Source: Iphione sp. A-MEVVRFRX5 (taxonomy: Eukaryota). Taken from it: a DNA stretch of 64,000 bases. The stretch is from the NCBI GenBank assembly GCA_976226885.1, contig OZ320321.1:50468001-50532000 (forward strand). Reading direction: 5' to 3'. The notes under the pieces are model-generated. The model was not told the DNA's origin and ran no database searches. It saw nothing but the letters and a program-made list of their open reading frames with translations. Shown one piece after another: positions 12,001-24,290 of the stretch. How positions within the stretch are numbered: position 1 is the stretch's first letter; each line of letters opens with the position of its first letter. Made by a program: the position numbers and the translations under genes.

Positions 12001-15000
12001 TCTCTCACGCCTCTGACTCGTCATCCTAAGTCATCCTTTCAAGGAGAGGGTCTCGCCTCGCAGTCTATGTGCACGATGAACACAAAAATCTCCCCAATTG
12101 GACCATTTGTGTGTCTTATATTCATAAATATATATGTCTATATATACAGAATCTAAACAGTCCATCGAAGCACAAATCCAATTATCAATCATTGCGCATC
12201 TGCCCGGACTTCATGGAGAGATAAATTGAATTCGGAGTATATATGAAGGCTTTACTGTGTCGATTGATTGACTGGGTAAGAGTCAGTGGACAAACGAATG
12301 CCTTAATTGTTTCATCCATCGTAGAAAGTCGTCATATCCTTTCTAGACAGTCTCAGGGACTACCCTCCGCCGTAACCCTGTCCCCAGTCTCCTCCCTGCG
12401 CCTTCTTGGTGCTATATAATATACTCAAATCACGCGGATGGCTTCACTCGAAAGCAGCTCACTAACCACGGCGGCCGAGCAATGGACAGCTTTACTGACT
12501 CCAATAGATGTTGAAGGCTCTGTGCCTATTGCACGCATATCGACTGAGTTCGGCAGGGAGTTTCTGGAGAGAGACACGGTGAAAGAGAGAGATAGAGAGA
12601 GAGACGGGCTCATTTTTTTGATATTTTAATTTTTGCATGAAATCTATTTCATCATATTAGAATTGTTAAACCCGTAACCAGCCAGGCAGTGCCTTGTTCC
12701 ATACGTATATAAATGTACATTACTAGAACAAACCTGCAAATCAAGAACACGTCTCGATACCGGATTGCCTTTGAATATTTTCGTTCGTAACTTCCCCTCT
12801 TGTTCACTGTCTTTTATCGTAAGGTCTTTCAACAGGCGGTGAACCTCTATTTCTAAATGAACGGTTCTGCATGATTCAATAGTCTTCCTGTGAGTCATTT
12901 TTTGCTATTAGTGTCTTTCCTAGTTTAAGATAACGGCTTTCAATGCTCATTGTCAATGTCTTGCAGAATTACCTGAGTGAATTATTTCAAGCGTTACACT
13001 TTGCCAAGTTTGCCGTCTGTACGAGTATATATTTGCATATAAGCACTGTGCCCAACAAGTTCTTTCGGTATGAGAGCGTACACACCACGTACTTAACAAG
13101 TTGGAAGTTATCCAGTCTCACAAACTGTCATAATGCTTGTAATATTTAACCCTCCACAAGCTTAATCTCAGTTCCTTTATAAAACAGGGCCAAGCAGAAT
13201 TCCCCCTGAGAACCTGGCGCATCTAATCATGTCAGACCTGCATCGTGCGATATCGGTTGCGTCTCGGGAGGAAATTCGACAGACTGGATCGCCCTACTAG
13301 CATCAAACCCGCCTACCGGAGCTCCTACATCGCAATACCCACCCATCCATCCTTCGACATCAGACAAAATGAGATAAGGAGATGGGATAGCTATGCAGAG
13401 AGGGAATCTCGGATTCCGAGACAAAAGAAATGCGTCAGGTGCTTCGAGAGGTGCATTGGGGGTCGGGGGTGGTGGTTCAATAAGAAAGGTCCCCAAAGAC
13501 GAGTAAAGGTCTCTAAACAAACGAGAGCACGTCTGAATGAGCTGCAAGATCCGGGTAGATACAGTGATATATGCTTCAAGGATCACCCATGTGTCTCCAT
13601 TGCGTAAATCTGGAAACACCAGAATTGCTCCAAAAAAACAAAAAAACGGCCCTTCCGTTTATATTTCGTACTAAGATGTACAGAAAATGTGTCCCATTTA
13701 AAGGGAGTATGTGATAGTATGTTCTAGAGGTTCCAAATGTGTAAATGTAGTAAAAGAGTATTTTCATGCTAAAAATCAATAATTAATCTCCAATTAAAAG
13801 AGTCGGCTCCTCTCATATTACACGTAAAATATATTCAGCTCTAATACCCTACAATAGTTCTTCCCCGCCAAAAGAAAGATGAACAAGAAATTACTTTTCT
13901 GTACATGTGTCGATTGTATGTGTTGGGTATAGTTTCTACTGCTTACCTTCAACTTAACACCGTATTTTCATTTAAACAGACACTCCCATTGGTTTCCTAT
14001 TTCACACAAGGGATTGTTTGAGTCTAGGGACGTAGCAGAAAAAAATGAAAGATTCTTTTTCGAGAGTTGGAGAGGATGACGCATTCAAACAAAATTATGT
14101 ATCGTCTAAAATCAATAAAAACTAAATTTGGCCCTTGACGTGGATTGATGGCAAATAAAAAGAACAGCAAAGGGGCGTTTCTTTTTGGAAATGCTTTACG
14201 AATTAGACAGAAATTCCCCTCAATAAACTGGATTTTATGTTTTATACGTCGATGTACATGAAACTGACCCATATGACAGAGCGCACATTTGAGAGGTAAA
14301 CGTGCCTAAAGTTGAATACTTGGGGTTGGCGCTAAAGGGAGACGTTTAACCCGGGAACAAGCGGCACAGTAATATTGAAGTGTGTGTCGTTGCGAATGGC
14401 AAGGGACAATAATACAAATGAAATGCGGTTTTAGGTCCGTGACCAGAGATGAATTCCCGCACTGACGCACGCTTCCAGTAAAACAGCCCGAGTGTCTGGT
14501 TTGCCCGACAAAGGGAAGGCCCATTGCTGCCGAGAAGGCGAATTTTGTCGAGAGGATGGGTCGGCTGGCAGTGGTTGGTGCCATTATCATGAGAAACGTG
14601 TTCACAAAAATAAGTTATATCACTATAACAACTTCATTAATTCGATTTGCCAGCATGTTTATTATTACATAGAGACGTTGTTAACATCGACGGTTTAAAC
14701 TGCTTCCATCCATACTTATGAATCTTCCTGCGTAATTTTGGTGTGAATGGGGGAGTGGACCCTATTAGTTATTTCATGCACACAGAACCATAAATCAAGA
14801 CACAGGTGTTTCAAGAAGAAACAAAACCAGTGCATAGATGCAAAGGAACGGTAAAACAGCGTGCATGTGATAGTGTGTGATGGTTCACTTGAAAACTATA
14901 TTGACTTCAAAAACAGACAGCTAACGCAAGTTTGCTCCAAGTGCATGTATCTTAAGTCAGTGCCATCAATGACATTTTGTCCGGTTACTTTAATTAAGCA

Positions 15001-16317
15001 GTTCAATGACACCATATGAATCATATATAATCCCGGTTCCCTTCATGACTTCAAAGTTCTGTGGTAACCAGGGAAGGAATGTAAAAGTACACGTACTACA
15101 GAAACAGATTCCAGCCTCTGATCTTTGAGGTAATATACAAATAACGACGTTTGGGACATGATAAAAGCATGCAAGATATGAAAATATCTATATAATCTCC
15201 CTTCAACGTGGAAAATCATCCATAGAACAGTTTCAAAATTACAATCTTGGTTAGGAAAATTAAAACTATTTCTTTAGGACAACATGAATTTGAATACATT
15301 CGCATGTATTTGGTCTGCTTACTAGGCGAATGTTAGTTTGCAATTAGGCGTCAGATACATGCATTTGTGTCTCATTTGTTTATTTGAAAGCGCCATGTCA
15401 TGTTCCAGTGCTCGCTGAACAATGGTTACAGTGATACCCCATTTCGTCTGACACAATATCATGTTTCCCATCACAATCAGACAGCGACTTTTTCGGGGCC
15501 CTTTGAAATTATTTATATGATATACTATGTTTTGGCACGCATTCTATACACAGATCAAAACATTATTACATCTAGAGATGGGAAGTTTTACAATTTTCTG
15601 AAAGAAGGTGAATGCGTAGAGTTGAGAGGAATTAGGTATGGATAAGTAATAGTATTAATTTTCGTGTACGGCATATAGGAAGAAGGTAGTCATATTTTAA
15701 CCTGCACACATGCCACACGGCCTAAAATGGCGTCAAGTGGGTGTTCGGTGAGGAAGGGTACTGAGCCAGTATATTTAGTTCCTGTCGAGGGACAAGGCAG
15801 ATTCAGAAACAAGACACGCGTGGCTTGTCCCCATATTGAAGGCTTTATAATGAGCAGAAAGCCTTGTCTGTCCGCACAGGGGACACGAAGGCCAACTAAA
15901 TACAGGATCGGGAGGATAATAAAAATGGGGAAAACTTTTAATCCATTATCGCAATTAACGTAGGCATTTTTCACCACAACAATCTCCCTGACAGCTGCAA
16001 CAAACATGGAGGCGAGTGGCATGAAAACAAATCCGTCCCATATTACAACACAATATCATTCGATCACAAGTAGTTTTTTTCTGGTTTTAGCAGCCCTGCC
16101 TGGCTGAATGTATCTGCAGATATCACTGTTTATCAGTTGTTATGAATAAACAAAAGAACCCCTTTTTCATTTAAAATAATTATGTTTTGGGGATAGGCAA
16201 TGTCAGTGGCTCTAATGAGTGATGCAGAGATGAAAAGAGCAATGTCACTCAAGATCCATCGAACCATGAACCCTTGGTAGTATTGGTTGTTCAAAACTGA
16301 ACCGCCCCTCTACTGAA

Positions 16318-16464
16318 NNNNNNNNNNNNNNNNNNNNNNNNNNNNNNNNNNNNNNNNNNNNNNNNNNNNNNNNNNNNNNNNNNNNNNNNNNNNNNNNNNN
16401 NNNNNNNNNNNNNNNNNNNNNNNNNNNNNNNNNNNNNNNNNNNNNNNNNNNNNNNNNNNNNNNN
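16318..16464. other. Assembly gap (147 N)
   Basis: Run of N. Confidence 1.
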
Positions 16465-18747
16465 TATATTTCACAAGTATCCAGCTCTTAAATTATTAAT
16501 GTTCAGCCATCGCCTCAAGCAAGACATGTCACTTCCACCTTCATGTTCCGGACTACAAACGGTTGACCTGACAGCAACGTGACTCTAATAATTAGCTCTT
16601 TGTTGGACTTTTGATTGTGTCACTCGTTCAGTTATTCTCTCCCCATTGCGCTCACATTAACTCATCAGCGAAAGAATTAAATCGGGGACTTTCGCTCCCA
16701 ACGTGCGTCGGTCCATTAATAGAGGCATTTTTTTCCTACCACTTTTCAGCATATTCCGATTGTGATGGCGAAGTCATTGTTGTATTGAACATTTAATTGA
16801 CACTGGATCTGCCCCGTGGCCGTCATGAGTCGCAAGAGCAGACGATCATATTGATTCAGACCTAGGCTTTTCGGATCAGCACCAATCGGAGGTAGCCTTG
16901 TAATAGGGGGCCTCTGAGTAAACAGGCTGAAACATGCGACAACATGGAGTGCCTTCCTCAAACAGACAGCCGCAGCCTTCATAGTCTGACTCTTACCCGC
17001 CCCACCCCCATCGAGTCTTTTATTCCCTCCCGCCTCTCCCTGCTGATCCCACACATGACTGGTGCGATGGCACTACGTGCTCGGCTCGTTGATTTTCATC
17101 CTGTCTGTTTTGCCCCCCCGACTACAAATGGCTGCGTTATACTGTGGCCTCTGTTGCTGGTCACCATCTCAAGGAAAATCTCATTAGATTGGTTTTTCAT
17201 CAAGAATGCCCGGCGTTATTCGATGCTAGGTATGATTATCATTCAGATCGTATGGCTGTACAGACAAATGAAATGATAGCTTATCGGCTTACGACAGACA
17301 GAAAAATTCGCCCAAGAATCTCTAACTTGCGTTTTTAGGTCTTCTCTGGTTCGGCCATCTCGCTGAGTCTAAATCAGAAGAGTCAGAAGCTATTTGATAT
17401 ACAACAATTTCCGGTTTAAAGCGTTTCAATCTGTCTTCTTTCCATGTAAATTCACAGGCAAGTTCAAATAAATCTTCCAAATATGTTCCATAGATGGAGG
17501 ATACTCTCTCATCTCTTCCTAATTAATGTACATGGTAAGTCCAGAGCTAAAATGAAATGATGAAATACCTTCACGAGAGCATTTCACCTAAAAGCCCGCA
17601 ATCTTCCTTACATCTACAATCAGACCTTATAGATCCAAATATCCAGAACAGCTCATTATTCTATCTAATTTTAGTTGATCAAATGCTTTTGTTGTGCTTG
17701 CCTAAACTTCGAAGAGAATTTCAGATAAATGAGATTTGGTTCCGGCTGTTCCATATCTATGTATCTCCTCATCAAATGTGCTAAAATGCTACTTCCTCCA
17801 TCGTTTGATATTGATCTAAGGTTGTATTAAAGGATACCCGCTGCATCCCAAGTGGCAGATGTATCACGTGCCCTTTAAGCATCTAACCGATGATTCACCG
17901 TTCACATGCTTGAACCTGTCTTGGTTGGTCGAGTTGAAATTGCATCCACTGCTTCAGTGACCACCCAACGCTGTACGGGTCTCGTAAATTCTTTGGTTTT
18001 ATGCTAAAATGACACCTTCATGTCATGCCTAGATTTTGTTGCTATTTCTTTTGTTGACCAGTCATTCTTTTACTCTCTAAGAGAGAAAATCGGACAACGT
18101 CATCAATATATTGCCTTACCTTATCTTCACGGGCGACTAGGAAAAAGATTTTTCAGTCGAAAGATGGATATCTTTATGCTTGGTCTGTGTCATTTGTATT
18201 CACAGTTAACAACAAAGCAATTATCCTCCAGTGAATACGCCTGTCTCGTTTTAAATTTAGAGCCATTTTCTATATGTGACAAGGGAACCAATGAACTATT
18301 AATTAGTCACGTGTCGAGTTCCTTCTTACTGAAACTGATTTCGATTTTTGATATTACTAAAATTTAGTATTACAGTCACATGTATACTTTTTCTTCTCAA
18401 GGAAAAGAGACATGATTCATATTGTGTAATATTAATTTACATATTTCTTTCTAAATTTTACTACCTATATCTATTAGAGAGAAGGAATACCAGATATTTT
18501 CGGACCCTTTCTCATAAATTGTGTTGCATGATTTAATGCTGACATTAATCGCACTTGAACAGACTCATAATAATGAGGACAAGCGCACAAAACGATTATC
18601 ACCAAAAAATCATTTTCTCTTGTATGTTGATACATCTGAGCTAAGATACATGGGAGTCAAGGCCCCTGTTATCAAGCAGTATTTGAAGTTTTGAAGACTA
18701 CAAACCATCGGAGGTCCGAACTTGATATAAAATTAGGAGCTGTAGCT

Positions 18748-19275
18748 TTAGACCAGGTTCCTAATTTTTTGGGGGGGTTACACTCAGATGAAAACTTAAG
18801 TTTTACAGCTATGGTCAATCATAAGAATTAGAAACTAAACCAAACTTCATATTTGGTGCGCAGATCAAACCATTTGTTACATAAGGGGCTGGGACAAAAA
18901 CTATTTCTAGCCTTTGTAACCAATCACCTGGATTATGGTACAAGTTTTCTCGTGGGTGCAAAAAAGAATCACTCACAGAGATTAAAATCAGCTTGGTATA
19001 GAATTATAAGGTCGTGTGTGATGGTAAATTGGACGGGCAAGGAATAAATATGTAACTGGTTAGAACTGAAGAGGATCAGGGATTTTGGGGATAGAATGAT
19101 GTATTATTTACTGTTGAACATTATCGTACCAAGCTGGGCTTGTCTACCAAGAAGGAATACTAAGACCAGATGTGGTAGTACAATGCAGTTGTATTTTGAC
19201 AGACCCATAATAATGTATATGCGAAAAGTTTTTTGATTGAAGGTATCAAATAGTGGAATATGTTACCCTCTGCTG
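18748..19275 (+). mobile_element. Degenerate 3' fragment of a CR1/L2-type LINE reverse transcriptase
   Basis: Manual translation across frameshifts gives LDQVPNF..G..DENLSF, FLAFVTNHLDYG, RLKSAWYRIIR and KSFLIEGIK*WNMLP. These follow the usual post-RT motifs of CR1-group LINEs (FLGV.LD..LSW, P.LDYG, F...G.KLWN.LP). Confidence 0.7.
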
Positions 19276-22200
19276 CATTATTTAACAGTTGTATGTTAAA
19301 CGTCACAGTAAACACTGAAACTGATTTTTGCGTATTGTAAAGACCATGTCACGCGCTGTCAAAGACATAAAGTGAGTTGCATGTTGAAAACACCTATGGC
19401 AGGTGACACTGTAGCTCAATAAAATTATTTCCAATTCAATTCAACATATACGTGTGATGGTCCTCCATCTGGCTCGGAGATACTGCAGCACACTAGGAGG
19501 CAATATCTCACTGAACAGTACAAAGCCATCAGCCTCTTCATAGTGGATCTTACTGCTTCTTTCTCACAAGTGCCATTTCTCAAATGAACCCGAATTTGCC
19601 CAGCAGCAGCTGCTTCTACCCCGAAGATTGCAGTAGGAAGGCAGAGGCCGCACCCATTCTCTCCTATATTAAAGTGTTCAGGGATTGGCCTGATTATTTC
19701 ATTCAAACATTTCTTCTCATTTTAATCAAATTAACAACAGCCAAGATATTATTGAGAATTCGTTGAAGATACATATCATCATGAGCAAGCTCAGGATTCC
19801 AGTTGTAGAATTTATTCTTGATATACATAGATATATTATCTTCCGTTGAGATATCGGACAGGGAAGCAGAACGTGGTATAGTTTGTGTTTGGAAATTAGG
19901 TCTTGGTAAATGGCTTTGTTCAAGCCAGGTACTCGGCAGCTTCCATTAGACAGGCCAATGTGGATCTCCAGCAGAGGCATTCGGGTAGCGAGACCGCAGG
20001 TTTGATACACAAGCTCGTTGTTTTGACGCGGCTGTTGACATAAGGGTTGTCGCCAGTGTGCACCCGTTTCTCCTTTGTTGACACCTTTCATTGGCCATCG
20101 ATTCATTTTCTGGTCCAATCCACGGTGCACTGAGCGGTAACACGTTGGGTTAGAAGGACAAAACAGCAATCAGGAGAAATCTTTCCAGCAGAGGTTAAGA
20201 AAATTCACAGGATGCGTGCTAGTCGACCGGAGCATGGTCGATCTGGCTTCGCGACATATTTTACAACGGGCTATTTACACGATTGGTATATGACCAGTTA
20301 GCTGTCCGTCATCTTGGCTCCTTGCTTCACGCTAATATCATTGACTCAGGACATAGACCTTCTAGATAGTTCCGTGCACAAAACGTCCATATGGCAATTT
20401 ATAGGACTGCTTTGAATATTTGTACCCCAGCTTCCTGCTAGACTACGAATATCGCCTATACATCGCATTTCCTATGAACACAAACAACAAAAACTGTTTC
20501 TGTTTTTCTTTCATGCGTAAATGGCGTCTGTTGATTCTGAATGACACCCTGACGCAATCAACGGACCCCAATTGATGCATGTTCGAAGAACACTAGTACA
20601 TGTATAGATGTGTTATATGCGGAGATGAAAACTGTCGATGCCCTAAGTACATGTACATTCTCTCTTTGGACAGTGATATCAAAGTACAGCTTAACGTGAC
20701 TATACATTATATATATTGCACACATGTATATAAATTTATGTGCTTGCATACAGCAGTATAGCTCATGAGAAATTAATATGCAACTACTCTAACTGCATGG
20801 GCTCGAAGTATTCCGTCTGACCCAAATGGACAGATTCAAAAAGCACCACGCTGATTTGTCATTCTTGCCCTCCTGATGAAGACTTTACGATGTTTGTTAA
20901 TCTATTTAGAGTTCAAAACAGCTGAACAGATTAACATTGAAATCTAGTGCCCCCAATAGCAAGCGTTTGCCCCCCCCGCCCTCCCGGGGCGTCCGTTGGA
21001 AATCGACCATAATCCGAAACGTCAATATGGATGAAGAATGTAAAAATCCCATCTCACTCAGTGGGGTAGAGGGAGCGGAGAAAGCTTCCAGACTCATGAA
21101 TAATCGCTCATTATTACGATGGCAGGATGGTTTGGTACTGCGCATGCCCACCCACCGATCTCATTTGCATAGCGGGAGACGCCAGCATTTAACAGGCCGT
21201 GTTCCTCACAGCGTGTCGCTGCATTGAGCGCCTTGCAGAGGCGAGAAAGTACTGTTTGAGTCAGTCAAAATGTTTAGAAACTTATTTTGCCGACAGATTC
21301 TTTTACATCGCTCCCATGTTCTTCGCCTCCATATCGATTTGTAACTTCTAATTTCGACCTAATGAGTGCAGATATTACGCCTCTTCTCTTCAACTAAAGT
21401 TTTTCATCAGGATTAAACTACGTACTTAAAACGCCCAAATTTAAATTATCTGTTTTGCTGTCTAGTAATACACATATAATATCCTGGATTTCGTGCACTT
21501 GATTTCATGAATGATAATGAATTATCTAGGAAAGCACAAAGAAAGTAAATACCCATAAACGATTTTAAAGTAATAGATAATGATAAAGGATAACTATAAA
21601 AATCACTATGAAGAAAGACTTCTATTCTCTAACTAACGCGCAGAATTGAAATTGTGTCTTGGTGTGCCATTTTGCATGCAGACCAGATATAATCGTAAGT
21701 AAAGGTTAATCTGCCTTGGTATCCGTGCCGGTTAGGTCAATTTCATCTTTTTTTTTAAAGGAAGCACCTTTATTTATATACTACTTAAGCCAAGAACGAC
21801 GTATGTAATTATCTCTGACTCGTGATCGTGAATTTCATTCTCAGAGACATTATGGTATGCGAAAATAGGCTGTACCTTAGCAGATTCAATGACGAGGTCC
21901 TGGGAAAGATGCGGGTGATATTAAAAAGGTTTGAATAAAAAAGTGTGAATTGTCTACGGCAGATGGCACGAGCAGTATAGGTGAAATGCATGTGCATTCG
22001 TAAATGCGTGTTATCTTCAGTACATCTTTACGATTGGCAGAAAGCGAGGAGAGTGCGGTGCATTTGGGAAGAGAGTTTGTTTTAAAAGAAAAAGGTAAGT
22101 AGAGTGGTTAGTCACGGTTACCTGAGGAGATTGAAGGAGGACGCCAAGAGGGAGGCAGTCGGGTTGGCCTCGGGTTTGTTGGGTGAACTGCTCCATGGGG

Positions 22201-23919
22201 ATCCATCGTCCTTTCCGGAGGACGGGCTGTATGGGAAAGAGTACCACATGATAGCTTGGTCAGTGACGTTGGAAAGAAGACGGTAACTCCATGGCCTCGC
22301 TTTTGGAAGGAAGTAGCGAGGCCGGCGACGACAAGCGCGAGGCCCTGGATGGGGCGGCGGCCTCGGGCCCGGCGACGAGGGTACCCGTGGTCTTGGGTTG
22401 CTTTCCTGAAGAAGCCGTCTCGGTAGCCGTCGCGGAGGGCGGCCCGGGCGCCCGGCCCTGCATTAAGATCCCGGCCGCACTGATTGCAAAACCCTCCGAA
22501 TCTCAACACCCTCTGGTGGCAAAAGGATTTGGCGTAATGATGCTCGTGGGCAACGAGTGCACACGCTGCCAAAGTGGGGAGTTGATGGGGGGAAGGGGGG
22601 GTGGGCCTAAAAGTAGGCGCTCCAACAGTCGAACAAAGCCGGTAGCGTTGACAGGCTGAGGATGACTTCTTAATTAGTTGGGTCGATCGTAGAACAAGAG
22701 CGACTGGTGCCACCTCCTTGTCCCACCAACCTAACCAGCGGCCGCTACAAGTGTGCCCATATAGTGGCACAGCCGATGTTCAGCCCTCCCGCCCATTCCT
22801 GATCAAACTCCCCTCTTTTGTCGTTCCGCCTGTTGCATATACGAACGGCCGTGCAGGGATAAGTTCTTGTCTCTTTGCTGGCAACATGCAACTCTACGCC
22901 TCTGGATATGGGATCAGGCTCCACTACAACCCCTGTGTTCTCTGCCCCCCGTTACCATTGCAGCCTCTCCCGCCTAAACGCCAACCCCCTCAGCCAACTA
23001 CCCGCCCACCAGAACGCCAACGCCACGGCACCCATACCCCACAGCATTCAGTCACACAACTGCCAAGACCACAATCGCTCAACATAAACGTATAATCTCA
23101 TGACTGATTAGGATGAATTAATCACTTAAGGTGTCAGATGCTTGGAGGAGATTATCTTTATTCGAACAAAGGGAATTATTTTAGCTACAGGATTAATCTA
23201 GACTTAATTATCACGAATGAATATTAAGAAGTAATGAGTTGAAACATTTTACAGTTAAATGATTTACATTTCTCCTTAACAGGTTAATTTAACCAATATC
23301 TTCTATCTGCAGTCGTCATGGAATCTTATAATTGTCTTATAATACTAAGAGATCATGCAGCAGTCTACTAAAAGCATGCCTAAATGCTCTCTTAAATCCA
23401 ATTATCTGATGTTCATTCCAATCATTCTTCTCATAAGCATCTCGTTAAAGGGCAAAAATCTGAATGGATTTAGCGACAATTAATTATAAAGACAATACAT
23501 GCATTGATGCATTGATGTGTTCCAAGTGTCTTTAATTTTGTCACTGACGAGCGGAAGTCCGTGTGAGAAAGCATTGCGTAAACAAGCCAAGACGGATAGC
23601 TTTTAATTTCTACCTATTGAGCTACAAGTACAAGAGGAAGGGAGGGAATATACATGTCTCCCTCCCCTGCGGCAAGGGGTGCCTTTGGGAATGCCAAAGA
23701 AGAGTTATCACGCTTTGCGCTCGAGACCCAGCTTCCATTAATGGTATTCGTGCATGATGTGTTGCCATAGTAATATCATGTTAGGCAAAAGAAGGTAAAT
23801 ATCTTCGGAAACACCAAGGAGTTTATATGTATTGCTGAGGATCCAATTATCTCAGTATGAAATGAAGAGAACTATCAAGACTATTGTGTCGCAATCGTTA
23901 TCTTCGGTAATATAATCAC

Positions 23920-24290
23920 TTGAATTTCACATCGGCATTGTATCTACCAGACTTAGATATCCTGGCCTAAGGGAAGAACCATAATTATTTTCATTAAAGG
24001 ACAAAATTCCCATGATCGTCTAAGATGGACCAAGATGTATCTAGTGTGGCACACGCATAAAAAAAGTAGAATATTCTGCAAAAAAGCCATTTCTTCCGTT
24101 GAATTTCACATTGGCAATGTAATCTATCAGACTTAGAAATCTTGCGATAAAGCAAGAATTATTTTCATTAAAGAACAATCTTCCCGTGATATTTGGGTTG
24201 AAACTGCATAATATACTAATGATATTTTCGAATGAGATATTTCTAGTGGACAACGCACATAAAACGTATAATATTCTACAAAAAGCACTG
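23920..24290 (+). repeat. Diverged tandem duplication (about 180-200-bp unit, 2 copies)
   Basis: TTGAATTTCACAT.GGCA.TGTA and AATTATTTTCATTAAAG recur about 178 bp apart. GTGG..CGCA.ATAAAA.GTA.AATATTCT recurs about 200 bp apart. Confidence 0.8.

Noticed and set aside
22260-22350. GLALVVAGLATSFQKRGHGVTVFFP resembles the Regnase/NYN motif (F..RGH..TVFVP) or the GT-B glycosyltransferase motif (L.KRGHEVTV)
   Set aside because: No upstream IDGSN-type motif, and no downstream DD/SND or GT motifs in any frame; a short match in GC-rich DNA is likely chance.
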